From assembly GCF_002571385.2 (NCBI RefSeq), contig NW_019217789.1:740010-804009 (forward strand): a stretch of DNA of 64,000 nt, in the 5' to 3' direction. Each line of letters begins with the position of its first letter. Positions within the stretch are counted from its first letter, which is position 1. Shown in pieces: positions 48,590 through 61,637 of this stretch. Position numbers and translations under genes: made by a program. A model generated the notes under the pieces. It saw only the letters and a program-made list of their open reading frames with translations. It did not search any database and had not been told where the DNA came from. Source of the DNA: Stylophora pistillata. Its lineage: Eukaryota.

Positions 48590-51500
48590 GTGAGTGTATT
48601 ACATCATTTTTAGCAAAATTGCTCCAAAGCCTTCAGTTTTTTCGCCAAAATATTTACCGAGAAATTTACATTTAGAGATAAGTTTAGGGACTTTTTCTGA
48701 TTTTCTTATTTGTAATACTCGTGGAGATACAGTTGTGGTCGGTAAAATATCCTTTTTTTTCTCCGTATCAATATCCATTCATGACATGCCCGCCTAAATT
48801 AAAACCAACAGGATCTTATTCCTTTCAAAGTAAAGATAAATTGAATAACAATAAATGACGAAAGTGTATTTCACGACAAGCTCTAACATGTAGAACTTTT
48901 GTTTCCTAGTTTTATTTCATTCAGTTACCAATCCAATCAAATTCTATTTATTTCTTCACTTCGAAGCTTAAGTAGGCAAAATTTGTACCTTTGGCCAACA
49001 CGCCATCGACGCTAAATGAAAAGAATTGCATAGTACTCCCACTATCGACTGAAATCATTGAGAGATTTTGGCTCAATGTCCTTATCAATTAAAACACTTC
49101 TATGCCCGTAAATCATTTTATATTATTATCATTTTTTTAACGTTTTCCTTTTCACTTGCTAACTCCAATCTTATTTACATCCGAAAAAAAATATAGAAAT
49201 GACTTAATTCCCACCTTATCATTTCATTTCTGTGAAAATCATGGACATAAAGGGAGCTAAATTGGACAAAGTCTGGAATATTCCACAAATTGTTATTGTA
49301 TTTACTCGTATGATCCGGTTTCATTTTCTTTTTTTAGAGTATTTAAAGTTATATTGATAGTTCTGCTTGTTAAAAAATGGCCAGTATTATGTCAGTCATA
49401 TCTCTGTGCCTCTATACTCTCTAATTGACCAGCTGTCGAGCGAGTTTGAGTTTCATTGATAAATACATTAAGCGAAGGTTTGAACTAAATATCCCTAATT
49501 TGTTTTGCGTGTTTGAATTTGAAAAGATTCAATTTTTGTTTTTTTGCCTTTTCGGTTTTGATTCTTTATCAAGCAAAGTTCCAATTATTAAACCATTTAA
49601 ATGCTGATTATTCTCTCACAAAAAGCCATCTTTCCAAATTTCTTCGGCTCCAGTCGTCTCCAATCACTCATAGTAAAATAACTGTGATGACTGCAACTGG
49701 CGTTCTCTTCGTCTCCCATGGTCTACTAATGTAGATATCAGGCCTGATTCAAGGGCAAAAAAAAACTTTGGTAGGGAAAGCTAACAGACTTCCTATATTA
49801 TTTTTACATTTTTCGTTGGAATGGTATGAGTTTTCGAGAATGAAATTTTTTTTTTTTAAATGAGCTTGCCCTTTACGGTTAAAAGTTCGGGTACGTGATG
49901 TTGGAACAAATTAATTTAAACTGGAACGTGCCTCTTGGAATCGATTTCGGTCCAAAAAAAAATACGTCTCTGCGTTGACTGTTAGTTTGATGATGAAGCA
50001 TTCTATCTAAATAACACTTTGCCTATTAAAGTTTTATCTTTGAAGAAAGTAAAGAGTTTTGGGTAAAAATGGACAAAATCTGGTGATATTATGGCCAATT
50101 TCTTCAGGTATCAATAAATCTGTCTAGAACATGCGAGAAAAGTTAAGTAGGGATCTCCTTTCGTAAAGTTAAATGCTGGCGTCTGATAGCCTTCTATCAA
50201 GATAAATACATTCATTTGTTTCCAAAAAGTCGAATAAATTTTACTTTTTTGCCGCTCTTTTCATTTCTGAGATCATTGACGGATTACTTCACTAAATTGA
50301 ATAAATGGACGGAAAAAAGGTACAGCACCTGTTTAAACAAGTCTTTCTTCACATCAAAACACTTTTTAGAACTACTCGTACATTGGTCTTAGACAATTAT
50401 TTAGCTATATCGGTGGAACCTGACAAATATGACTAGTTACTGTCATAACCAGGGAAGAAGCAAGGCATTGAGAATTACTTTCAAAATAAAATTTGTAACA
50501 ACGGTATCCGGTACGATTCCTTTAGTCTGTTAAATTAAAGTCGGTAAAGGTGCTTGCAAATTCTATATCTTAAATCAGTCATACCCAATTGGCGTCTGGA
50601 AGAACAGAGACAGCATTCAAAAGCTTTATGAGAGAAATAATGAATGGATACCATGAATAGTCAGTGGGTCTAGGCATCACTTACGATTGACTCAACAAAA
50701 ATACGTCTTTTCGCTGGAAAATTCGGTCTAAAAATAATCTCCTCAGGAAAGGGTTGACCACATCCGGTAGCGCATGCACATAAGCTACTTCTAGTGCTGA
50801 GACGTCGTCGTCCTCTGGGAACTCATCGACTCGTAAGCTCTCTATTATCTTTTTAGGACACTGGTGCACAAGCCATAAGAGCTTTCTACAGACTGCTAAA
50901 CAAGGAAAAGAAACCTGCAATACTGCTTGGACCTGCAAGTACAGAGGCCTTAGAACCTGTAGCAGAGGCTGCAACACTGTGGTATCTCATTCAGGTTTGC
51001 TTTGAAAATGTTGCCTCCTCTGGGAAGGAAACTCTTTATTCGTACTATTTCAAGAGGTTACTACAGATTATAAAAGTCAGAATATATAAAAAACAGTAAA
51101 TTACATCAATAATCAAAAGTAAAATGTGCACAGTGACCTAAGTAGCATAGTTTTCGAGTTGGCCACTGAAAAGGGTTCGATCAAGATATCCCTTAAGGGA
51201 AAAAATCAATTGTCAACACCTATCAGTTCTGGTATACAGAAAACTTTCTTGAATTGCTAACTATCACATAGGGGAATTTTATTTTTTTTTTTGACCATAA
51301 GATTTGTGTACATATATCTATTTTGCAAACGCCTTATTTCGATTCAACCTCGAAAGACTACACACATCAGACTCAAGAACTCCCTTTACAGAGTGACAAA
51401 CGCTGGCGGTTCTATGGCCATAGGGGAAAGAGGAAAAGACCAAAAAGAAAGAAGAACAGGAAGCTGAAAGTAGACACCAAGTTGTTTGCGATGCGTACTT

Positions 51501-54500
51501 CACAATCTGCAGATTACGACCTGCCATCGCATGAGTTGCAAAACATCACTACAATGCCAATCGCCGCAGCTCATAAACGTTAGGACTAAGTAGCTTTAGA
51601 AAGTCGTTAAAGTCTTTCTGTTATCTCCTTGCATTCAGGTATCTTACGCATCAGGGTCTCCAAAATTTGAATCCAAGCTGAAATATCCCAACACTTATCG
51701 AGGAGCTCCATCGTCAACGTCCTACAGCAAAGCTAAGGTGGCCTTTATAAAATACTTTGGCTGGAAAAGAGTGGCTATACTCCATCAGTATGATCCAGAA
51801 TTCTTTTCTCCGGTAAAGTTTCAGGGGATTCCCCTACTTCCTCATCCAGCTGCTTTTTTAAATTCGGAAATACTATACGGGTTAGGAATCTCTGAAAAAA
51901 TAACCGCACGCTAAGAAACAACTGAGCCAAGACCTTTTCTTTCTGACCTGCCTGCAGGGCCAGAAGTGAATTGATTAAACTGTTTTGAAACCCCTCATTA
52001 ATTCGTGATGTTTTTACACCATATGCGGTGTTGAAAGGCCCACGAAAAAATGGGGACCCAAATCATATCATATCGATCAGAAAAGGCATTATTAAGGGAA
52101 TATAGAGAAGCAAGAGTAAATATAGTGCATAAATTGCCACCTTTCCAAGCTCGGAATTATATTTTGTAATCTAGTTTTGTCTCTTCTTTCTTTTTCTCTT
52201 TCCTTACTGTTACCAAACGGGTACAAAATCCGAGGAGATATAATGATGCCAGATTTATACCTCGTTTTTCTGTTCATAATCATACAGACGGTGGAGAAGC
52301 TAAAGAATGAGCTGAAGAAAAGCAATATCAGCATCATCGCAGTGGAAGGATTTGAACAGCTGGGCGACGTCAGTTATCAATTGCAGAAACTCAAGGTAGC
52401 CAAAATGGCTTCTATGTAGCTCAGGTTAATTAAAATTACTTCAACGATGGCTGATTTTAAACTTCTTAAAATGATTTCTCAGGCTACCACGCTACCCGAA
52501 AATTTGAACAAGAAGAATTACCATAGACTACATTGCGAGATAGCACAAGTGCAACCAAAATGCAGTTCTTTTCATGTGCCCAGTAGGATAGTAATCAAGT
52601 TCTCGACTCAAGAAGCATTCGCCTTGTACGTTCTTCTTTTACTCCGATACAAAGCAGTTACCTTTTTTGAAGCTTACCAAACTTAGGTAATTTTTGGCGT
52701 CAGATTTAATGGGACTAAGGCAAAATAGACTAGGAGCAGGGCTCGTAGCAATACCAAGATAACTCAATTGAGACCAAAGGGAGTGCTGTACCAAACATTT
52801 CGCTTACTGTTTCTTCTCCTTTTTTCCCAATCAGGCTCTCGACGCAAGAATCATAATTGGCGAGTTTAACTTCATGGGAGCTAAAAACGTTTTTTGTGAA
52901 GTAAGTGACATTTAAATGGTGATGATGTCTTGATAACATCGATAATGCAATAAACTATAAGTCTCGACAGGAATTAATACAGTTTGTAGCAATTTATGCT
53001 GTTAGTTTTGACATGGATGCTTTTGTAGAAAGTTTGATTTTTTACCTTTTGGGTTATTTAATTTTGTCTTAAAACCCAAATTCATAAATCTACCCAGGCT
53101 TAACATCTTTTGCAGGCTTTCAAACAAAAAATGTATGGTCCGAACTATGCTTGGATAATATTCGGAGAATTTGCGCCCAGCAAAATAATTCCAATGAAAG
53201 ACAAAGAAAATACTCCTTGTACAGTTGACGAGCTGAAGCAAGCAGTTGATCGCTTCATATCAACTGTCAAGCTTAACATTCGTCAGGACGATAAGGAAAC
53301 GTTCTCTGGAATGGTATGTTCTGGTATTGGATTGGTTGGATTACTTATACTATACTTCCGGTTAGTCAATCACGAAGATCTGAAGGAAAACATTAGGACC
53401 GATGCATTTTTGTAGAGAAACATTACTTTTTAAAATTAAGAAGTCGAGTTTTGTCAAGCCCTAGGAGTCAAGTATCTCAGCCATTAGATCAAAAGCTCTT
53501 ATAGTGTCTTAAAAAGCTATTCTTTGATCTTCTTCTAGGCTCATTGGCTCAGTCACGTTGTGCACCTCAGCAAAATGTTGTCAAAAGCAAACAACCAACA
53601 GAATTTCTTGACACAGCTTAATTAGAGAAACTTTGGGGTGTGCACCAAATGAAAATTAACCTGTGAGCGGAGAAAATTTAATTATACTGACTCTGTTTTA
53701 CTTATCATCTATTGCTCTCGAAATTTAGAGAATTCCAATCTAGCTACCTGGATTTGTTTAGTTAATAAACATAATTTCAATTAATAAACCCTCGTTGGCT
53801 ATTTCCCCCTTGAACCAGCCGTTAACAATCGATTGATGCTAGCGTTATGGTATGTCTAGTTTTCCCTTTGGTTAGTGGACACTGAAACTCAGGCTTCTGT
53901 GGCTCCAAACCGTCATTGTCAATAATCGTTAACATAGATAAGTATTATATAATACTTTCCTATCTGTCTGTAGACTGCAAAACGTTTCTGGAGGGAAATG
54001 TTAAAGCTGAATAAGACCAAGTGGCTAAGAAAAGAATCTGCGTACGCCTTTGACGTGGCTTGGATAATTGCATTAACACTGAAAGCTTCCCTCGCCAATG
54101 GATTGGAGTACGAGAACCTCCACACGCCAAATTACAAGTACCCTCTCAAGATGAGAAAATTAATTAGGAACATAAGCTTTCAAGGACTCACTGTAAGCAA
54201 AACTTTGGTCATACTCAAATATCGATTTTGCTTAAAAAATTGATTTTTTTAGGTTTCCGCGAAAAATTCAGAAGTTGTTATAAAAGATTTCGTTTTATCG
54301 GGTACTTGGCTGACTAATTGATTCTTAATGTAATTCTTCCCTGTCTCAGTGAATGCTGTGAGTATTTGGCGCGAAAATGGTAAGACCGTTCTGCAATTTT
54401 AGTCTAACCTTAATGATTCTGCATTCAAACATAAGGTAAATCCACCAGCCTGAGCACAGAAAGTTGTCAATATGTCCTAAACCTGGCAGTGTAGGCGAAA

Positions 54501-57500
54501 ACTAAGGTTACATTTTCATTTTGACAGGTTCCATTTCGCTTTGAAAGCGAAAATTAAGGCTATATCTTATTTCGACAGGGTCCATTTCGTTTTGAAGAAG
54601 CCAGAGAACGACTTGGAACAGTTCTCATTAAACAAAACAGGAAAGGTAAGGACAGCATCTCTTAAAATAAAAAGAAAATGAGGTTCCTCGTAGTAAGTAA
54701 ATCTCAAAGGTATTCGGAACGACCTGTAACATGCTGCCATATTTAAGACGGTCCAACGTCTCTCGTCCGGCTTAAATCTCCAAATGGATATTTTACGTAA
54801 ATATGACAATTAAAACAATTAACAATTACGTTCAAGAGGAAATATATTTGTTGGGGTTTTTACTATGCTACCAAAGTAACGGTAAATACTAGACGATTTA
54901 TTTTATTCAGGTACTCGTTTTGCCCCGCCACGTCTACCTTTCTAGCTATTTGCAGGGCAAACTATTCCACTTTTATTTTATGTAAAAGGATCAAAGAATG
55001 AAACTGTTGTTGTCGTTGTTCATCTTTCAGAAAACGAGACCAGGGTTGGTCAACACTTTACTTTCTCTGATCGGCTCCACATTTTCGAAGACCAGAAACA
55101 TGAGATATGGCCAGGTAATGTATTTGATCTCAAGCATTATCGTGCAGTATTTTCTCCTCTTTTACTCCATTTTTCTCAACAAGGCGAAATCACTTGTAAC
55201 CACACAACAATGACTAGTCAGGAAGGAAATGTAAAGGTACCTGAACATTTTGCGTGAGAGGAATTTAGCACTAGATACGATAATCCTTATTGTATTGCCT
55301 TCGTCGCTTTATTCACCCTTTGAGAGTGGGTAGTGGCGAAATACTTAAAGGTTGCCTACACCTCTTTTTCAGATAAGATACCAAGGGACCATACTGTGAC
55401 AAAATTGGAATTCATGATGATCCCTCTTCCACTTATAGTAATCATGTGGCTTATGGCAGCGGTGGGAGTCACCTGTTCAGCATGTTTCCTGTATTTCAAC
55501 ATCAGCAATCGAAGGAACAGGTACCAACGTCCTGTGCAAGTTACCATCATAGAATAATGTAATTCAAGGGAAGGAAACTGTAGAGGTCCATAGAGATTAA
55601 CGCGCTGAAAATCAGATGGTTCAAGCCAAAGACGGCTTATTGTCTTGTCTTGAGCAAGACTATTTACTCTTAAAATGCTTCTTCACGCCCTAAGCAACAG
55701 TGGGTGAATTACTGAGGCTTAGCCGCAGTGGACTAATGAGCAGAGGACACCACGACAAACTCCAGTACCAAAAGGGAATTAGGTTTCTGAGAAGTATCCT
55801 TTCTTAAAGGAAATGTATCCAGACAAATTCAAGATAACCGTAAAAAAATTGTGGAAGGCTCTGACTATCATATTCAATGGCGAATGCATTTTTAATTAAT
55901 CTACTGAGTTGACATTACGTATGATGCACGATCCTTCGCAGTAGATAGCGCTATTTATGCAATAGCGAAAATCAGACCTGAAAAATATCAGGCCTGTACG
56001 GGATTCGAACCACTGACCTCTGCGATACTAGTGCAGCGCTCTACCAATTGAGCTAACAAGCCAACTGGGAGCAGGCCGTTAAGTTGATTCGTAATAAACC
56101 CGTGATGATAAATAAGATACAATGAATATATGAAGTTCATATATTTTGAACTGCGGTATTAAATACGTATGATGCACGATCCTTCGCAGTAGATAGCGCT
56201 ATTTATGCAATAGCGAAAATACCGCTGTTCAAAATATATGAACTTCATATATTCATTGTATCTGGTTTATCATCACGGGTTTATTACGAATCAACTTTAC
56301 GGCCTGCTCCCAGTTGGCTTGTTAGCTCAATTGGTAGAGCGCTGCACTGGTATCGCAGAGGTCAGTGGTTCGAATCCCGTACAGGCCTGATTTTTTTCAG
56401 GTCTGATTTTCGCTATTGCATAAATAGCGCTATCTACTGCGAAGGATCGTGCATCATACGTATTTAATACCGCAGTTCAAAATATATGAACTTCATATAT
56501 TCATTGTATCTGAGTTGACATTGTCATAATTTAGTTTCTGAGAATGCTTGTTGATTTAGTTTCTCAGAGTACTTGTTGATTAAGTTTCTGAGAGTTCTCG
56601 TTGGAGTTAAGAAACGTTTTGGTAACATGTTAGTTGATATAAAGCTTATATTGCCGTTTTTCCAAAGTGTTTATCGAGCTTGGCAACCATGCGACTCGTT
56701 CTGAATGTTCATCGACACAACGATAACACTACAATGTATCGAAGTTTTCCAAAAGTAATGCTTCACCAAACGATGAAAATGGATTTAGAACTTCTGCTTA
56801 GGGAATCCCGTGTAAATTTACAATAAACATAATAGGTCATTTTATTTGACCTAAAGGAGTTAGATGAAGAAGGGAATAAAATAAGCGTATCCGTTAAATA
56901 CTTGCATCCCCTCAACGTGCAATATTTCTTCAATCTTTGAAAGCTATACCTTAAAATTAAATATTCCTCTACCCTGAAAGGTAACCTTCTTTTCATTTGG
57001 GGTGGGAGCATACCTCAAATTTCATGTTTTGAAAGTTCCCCATCAGATTTCAAAAGAGAGTTTCTTTTTTCTTTAAGAGCACCTACGTCCCTACACATCA
57101 CCCAAAGAAACATGATATCGTGTGAGAGATGAAACCTTTATTGATTCGTCTTGTCACTTAACACGCCTCTCGTTTGCTATCTTTTAACGAGCAGCTGCAT
57201 TGCTGGCGACAATTACCCTGTGTATTTCCAATTTTTTTTTTTTTTCAATAGAATTATCAAGATGTCGTCGCCGAAGCTCAATAACATAATAATCTTGGGG
57301 TGCATACTTAGTTACGCCTCAGTCGTTCTTCTTGGATTAGATGCGAGGTTTCTCGATATTGGACAATACGGGTACATTTGCAACGTAAGCTAACCTTCTA
57401 CTGCATTTCATAGGGGGTCATTCAAATACTACCATATCTTTTTGTGTTATTGATATTCCAAAAAGGGCTTTTCCACTGGAAAGAGAGGGAAGGACGTTGG

Positions 57501-59922
57501 CAGATATATTAATCAATGGGCTTAGACTTAAGTCATAAGACGTAGGAACATAACTCTGCGACAGTTATACAGCATGAAGTACATGTTGTATTTCCCATGT
57601 GTGCAAGCTCGCATCTACTGCAAAGCTTATGGTTATTCAAATTTTCATAAAAGATCTAGCCGGTTACTATGCAAATAGTTGATTACTGAGGAATGCATCT
57701 TTCATTTACACCCCCCAAAAAAAGTAAATAAAAGAGTATACCTATCTCGTCGATTCTTCTAGCGGACCAAAATTGATCCAGTCTTAGGTGTTTAACTTCT
57801 CTCTAAAAATAAAAAAATCTTCTCATACCAACAGGCGCGAACCACAGTGCTGTCCTTCGGATTTTCTTTATCATTTGGTGCCATGTTCAGCAAGACTTGG
57901 CGAGTTCACAAGATTTTCACAGCGGCTAAGACTCTCAAGAAAATGGTGAGATTTATTGCGATAATTATATTTCAGGGAGACACCTGAAAAATACGCCTAA
58001 TCAAAAGTTTTAAGTATAAGTTAGTTTAACAAGCGACTCGAAAAACAAGCCACCAATCCGTTCCTTCGACGAAATAATAGGGAGCTTTAGCAACGACGAC
58101 GGCGACGGCAACGAGAACGGCAGGAAACTATAGGTTTAATGAGCAAAATTAATCGCCCTGCACGTGCGTTTAACATTTTGGTACATTTCTTTGCCGTTCT
58201 CGGCAAAACAACAACGTGAAATAACCAAACTTTAGGTTTTCTCGAGAACGTGAACGCATGACGGTTAATTTTTCTTTCTTTCTCCTTACTTTAACGCCAT
58301 TCGTAGTGATATAGTTCCTGAATAGTTCGCCAGCATTTTCCAAGTGAAACACATCGGAATAACCTCGAAAGAGTTACAAAAAAGAAAAGTTAGATTTCGA
58401 CACGACGTTTTCGTTGCCGTCGCCGTCGTCGTTGCTAAATCTCCCTGATAAATATCATTGTAATCATCGATTGTGAACAGTTCAAATCTAAAATATATTT
58501 CTCCTCTCACAGGCAATAAGGGATTTTCACTTGCTCGCTATTGTGGCCGGTTTATTGCTGGTGGACTTTGTCTTCCTATCCACATGGATAGCAATTGATC
58601 CTCTTGAGACCGAAAAATTGCGATTCGAAGAGCTGGTAAGTAAAGAGAAAACAGTCACATCTATGTCAACGCGATGAATGATACTCGGCTTATCTTGAAA
58701 GTAATTTTCCTCTTTCCTTTTTTCTGCTTCTTTCCTCTTTGGCCCTATATTTCTATGCATACCCATGAGTCTGGTGCGTTTGACCGTCTTTTTACGGTCG
58801 ATTCCCATCCAATGTTTGAAATAGAAACTCTGATATGGAAGGGTCATTTTGTCGATAGACCACCTAGCACCTAAAAAGACCTGGGTAACAACTTGTGCGA
58901 CTTGAAAACTTTGGCTCTATTCTTCAATCTCGGCATTCACCATCCGGTATATCTCCATTTCGCTACCTATCCTTGTTTCTTCTTAACGTATCATTGCCTC
59001 TCCGATGTGTTTCAATCTCCTCTAACAGATACGTGCCGCTCTTTTTCGAGTTAAAGACAACCGCACAGTCCCCAATTTAAAATTTTAACTTTGCCATAAA
59101 AAGATCACCTATATACCGTGATCTAGATATCTTTGACAAACAAGAGATTTCGTGTCTTTTTCTGTTTTTTTTTTTTTTTGCTGATAGACAAAAAAAGAAC
59201 AAGACGTTATCATTATCCCTGCATTATTCCAATGCACCTGTAGATACAAGACATATTTTCTAGGGGTTTTGTTCAGCTATAAAGGAATCCTCCTCCTGTT
59301 TGGGCTTTTCCTGGCTTGGGAAACACGTAATGTTACCATCCCTGCTCTGAACGATTCCCGATACATTGGTATGTCGGTTTATAACATGGTGGTGCTGTCC
59401 ATCATTGGGGCTATTGTGGCCATTGCCTTGGATGGCTCCATGTACTATAAAGCCCCTTACGCCATTTCATCGCTGTGTCTCATCGTGTGCACCACTGCGA
59501 CGCTGTTACTTGTTTTTGTCCCAAAAGTAAGTTGGAAGATTTTTTCATTCCAAATGTGGACCTGTCACGCACAGGGAAGAAAAACAAATATATTTACATC
59601 ATGGCTCATTGTTAAACTTGTCAAATCGATTTAACAGTTGTAAAGAGAAAGATCTGTATCGCTGTGTGATTCTTGAGATCTCTTCATATTTTGCCTTTAG
59701 ATTTATCAATTTCTCACAAAGGATGAGTCGTTGACAACTCAGGCCTCGAGAATGCATATTGGTCAAACTAGAAAAGGAGCTACTAGTAACAGCTTTAACC
59801 GTGGTGGTAGTCCCGTTCTGAGGGAGCGTAATACCTCATTCACGTGTAAAGGAACACAAACAGACTGTGATGTTCCTGGAAGTGCAGGTACATTGAAAAA
59901 TGATGTCTTTCTCAAATGGTAA
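47938..59922 (+). CDS. GABA-B receptor-like class C GPCR, copy 2 (15 exons, ~856 aa)
   Basis: Phase-compatible GT-AG exons: 47938-48589, 50857-50994, 51639-51812, 52288-52395, 52835-52900, 53116-53313, 53974-54192, 54579-54645, 55031-55114, 55373-55520, 57252-57384, 57835-57945, 58513-58635, 59188-59526, 59701-59922. Venus flytrap domain followed by 7TM, with no cysteine-rich linker, as in the GABA-B family. Confidence 0.93.
50857..50994 (+). CDS. Copy 2 exon 2
   Basis: DTGAQAIRAFYRLL...LLGPASTEALEPVAEAATLWYLIQ. Confidence 0.9.
51639..51812 (+). CDS. Copy 2 exon 3
   Basis: VSYASGSP...KYPNTYR...FGWKRVAILHQ. Confidence 0.92.
52288..52395 (+). CDS. Copy 2 exon 4
   Basis: TVEKLKNELKKSNISII...LQKLK. 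Confidence 0.88.
52835..52900 (+). CDS. Copy 2 exon 5
   Basis: ALDARIIIGEFNFMGAKNVFCE. Confidence 0.9.
53116..53313 (+). CDS. Copy 2 exon 6
   Basis: AFKQKMYGPNYAWII...CTVDEL...TFSGM. Confidence 0.92.
53974..54192 (+). CDS. Copy 2 exon 7
   Basis: KESAYAFDVAWIIALTL...ISFQGLT. Confidence 0.92.
54579..54645 (+). CDS. Copy 2 exon 8
   Basis: GPFRFEEARERLGTVLIKQNRK. Confidence 0.85.
55031..55114 (+). CDS. Copy 2 exon 9
   Basis: NETRVGQHF...EIWP, phase 1/1. Confidence 0.85.
55373..55520 (+). CDS. Copy 2 exon 10 (stalk and TM1)
   Basis: KIPRD...LIVIMWLMAAVGVTCSACFLYFNI. Confidence 0.9.
55990..56062 (-). ncRNA. tRNA-like (AGT loop) inverted copy
   Basis: Reverse complement of 56316-56388 with one loop change. 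Confidence 0.7.
56316..56388 (+). ncRNA. tRNA-like (Thr-like, GGT loop) sequence inside the repeat; probably not a functional tRNA
   Basis: GGCTTGT/ACAGGCC acceptor, A box TAGCTCAATTGG, B box GGTTCGAATCC; mismatches in the anticodon and T stems. Confidence 0.7.
57252..57384 (+). CDS. Copy 2 exon 11
   Basis: IIKMSSPKLNNIIILG. Confidence 0.92.
57835..57945 (+). CDS. Copy 2 exon 12
   Basis: FGAMFSKTWRVHKIF. Confidence 0.92.
58079..58446. mobile_element. 368-bp MITE (PIF/Harbinger-related by 3-bp TSD), copy 2 only
   Basis: TIRs AGGGAGCTTTAGCAACGACGACGGCGACGGCAACGA / TCGTTGCCGTCGCCGTCGTCGTTGCTAAATCTCCCT; flanks AAT/GAT; empty site at ~34209. Confidence 0.92.
58513..58635 (+). CDS. Copy 2 exon 13
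   Basis: LLAIVAGLLLVDFVFLSTWIAIDPL. Confidence 0.92.
59188..59526 (+). CDS. Copy 2 exon 14
   Basis: LAWETRNVTIPALNDSRYIGMSVYN. Confidence 0.93.
59701..59922 (+). CDS. Copy 2 exon 15 (C-terminal tail)
   Basis: Open frame after TTTAG; the 3' end is uncertain. Confidence 0.65.
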   Translation: MYQFLTKDESLTTQASRMHIGQTRKGATSNSFNRGGSPVLRERNTSFTCKGTQTDCDVPGSAGTLKNDVFLKW

Positions 59923-61637
59923 TCTAGATTCCCATGTTGTAGAATGCATAAGTCGTACATCTGTCAATGTTTCCCTCTGTCACCCAATGACGTCTAAAGC
60001 CAAATGGACTTATTGCTTGGTGGGTTTTCTCGTATCACTCCACCTTTCAATCATCAATAGAACATCTCAGAGATAATATTAGATTAAACTGTTGCTACTA
60101 CTTTTAGGAAATTGTACCCCACTCCTTTCACTGGTAGAAACTGATGTAAAATACGACGGACAAGACTTAAATCTTTTAAGTAAATGCTATTGAAATTCAA
60201 CAACTAGTATTGTCTTTCACCAGCCTTGAGTACAACAAATGCATTTGGCCTCGCACACAGGCCATATAGACACCTACCATTCAGCGCTGAATATACTAAG
60301 TCGATTTGACTGTTTGAGTTTTCGCTATATATCTGACGCACGCACCTAACGTCGTTCACGCATTCGTCCATTCATTCCTTTGACACCAATAGAGCTTACG
60401 ATTGTTTCAGCATTTACCATGGCGTCTTTCCTAACAGGGTTTTCCTTTTATTTTTATGAATAAAAAGGGGGTTGTTCTTTTTTGATGAGACATGTACTAT
60501 ACTTTACGGATTGAGTTTCTTCTTTAAAACAGGTGATTTTCATTTTATCCTTCAAAAGATCCATCTTGATAAAGAAGAGACGGAAAAAGTAACCTAAATG
60601 TCGTTGTGTCTATTTCAAATGTCAGCAGGCCGGGCTAGAAAATACGGTCCCCAAAAATTTCTAATCACAAAGAGCGATTTTTTTGAGAAGATATGCTGCA
60701 AAAAGTTTTTCTATGACCCCAGTCGCTAGACTTTCGGAAAGGAAATATTAGATTAATTGCGAGTGATTTCGGCAGAGTACAGCTTCAGGTATTGTATTAG
60801 AAAAATATTGGGAGTCCATTACAAAGCAATGCAATTAACGTCGTGACAGCCGTTACTTTTATTTTTCAATATATATTTATTCTTATGGCGCCTAATCCAT
60901 TTGCTTCCCTTCCAAGTAAACGGACTCAAGTTCCAGTGCGAGGGTTCCTCGTCAGATGACATACCTCATGAAATACGGATGGATGATATCAAACTTAAAG
61001 AAAGAATGGTGGTGGCATTCAGTCCTCAGACTTGCAAGCCAAGCATCAGAATCTGTTACTCTGAAGCTATGAGTAGTTTTTGATATAACTATAAAAGACT
61101 GAATTATGTAGCAGCCTCCTAACTTGTTATATCCTTTTCCTACAACGCTCATCAAAGAGTCGACCTATTTCTCGTTTTTCCCACGCCTACAGATTAGATG
61201 AAAAGCTTTTAGATTACTCTGCAAACGACCGAGGACAAGTCTTGATTCTAACAATTTCAGCTCCAAACCATTTCCTTTCGGGCCAGGCTGCTTTTTACGA
61301 TTTACGTTATGACGTAGCTGTGACACATGAGTAGAGAACTGGTGTTACTTTCCAGGGTCAAAACGTCAATATCGGTCACATTTTCAAAACAGTCATGTAT
61401 AATGTATAGAAAACACCAGGCGACGTGAATCTTAAATACTCCAATATCGAAAGCATAACCAGAGCAAACAGAACAAAAAATATGATCCGGAAATGTAGAA
61501 CTGTTCTTATTTCCCCCTAATCCCCCACTCTCCCAATAACGCATGCTTCGCTATAGGGACTCTAAGATAGAAATGAACACAACCCTTGAGTTAAGTTAAA
61601 TTTGCTGATATCAGTTGACACATAACACTATTACAAG

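Larger units (their letters stand above)
55917..56509. mobile_element. Intronic insertion: two inverted, permuted arms of a ~248-bp tRNA-like-containing unit, 13-bp TSD
   Basis: CTGAGTTGACATT at 55904-55916 and 56510-56522; single empty site at ~26602-26614. Confidence 0.92.

Noticed and set aside
56316-56388. Functional tRNA-Thr gene
   Set aside because: Stem mismatches, different loops in the two arms, and location inside a TSD-flanked insertion.
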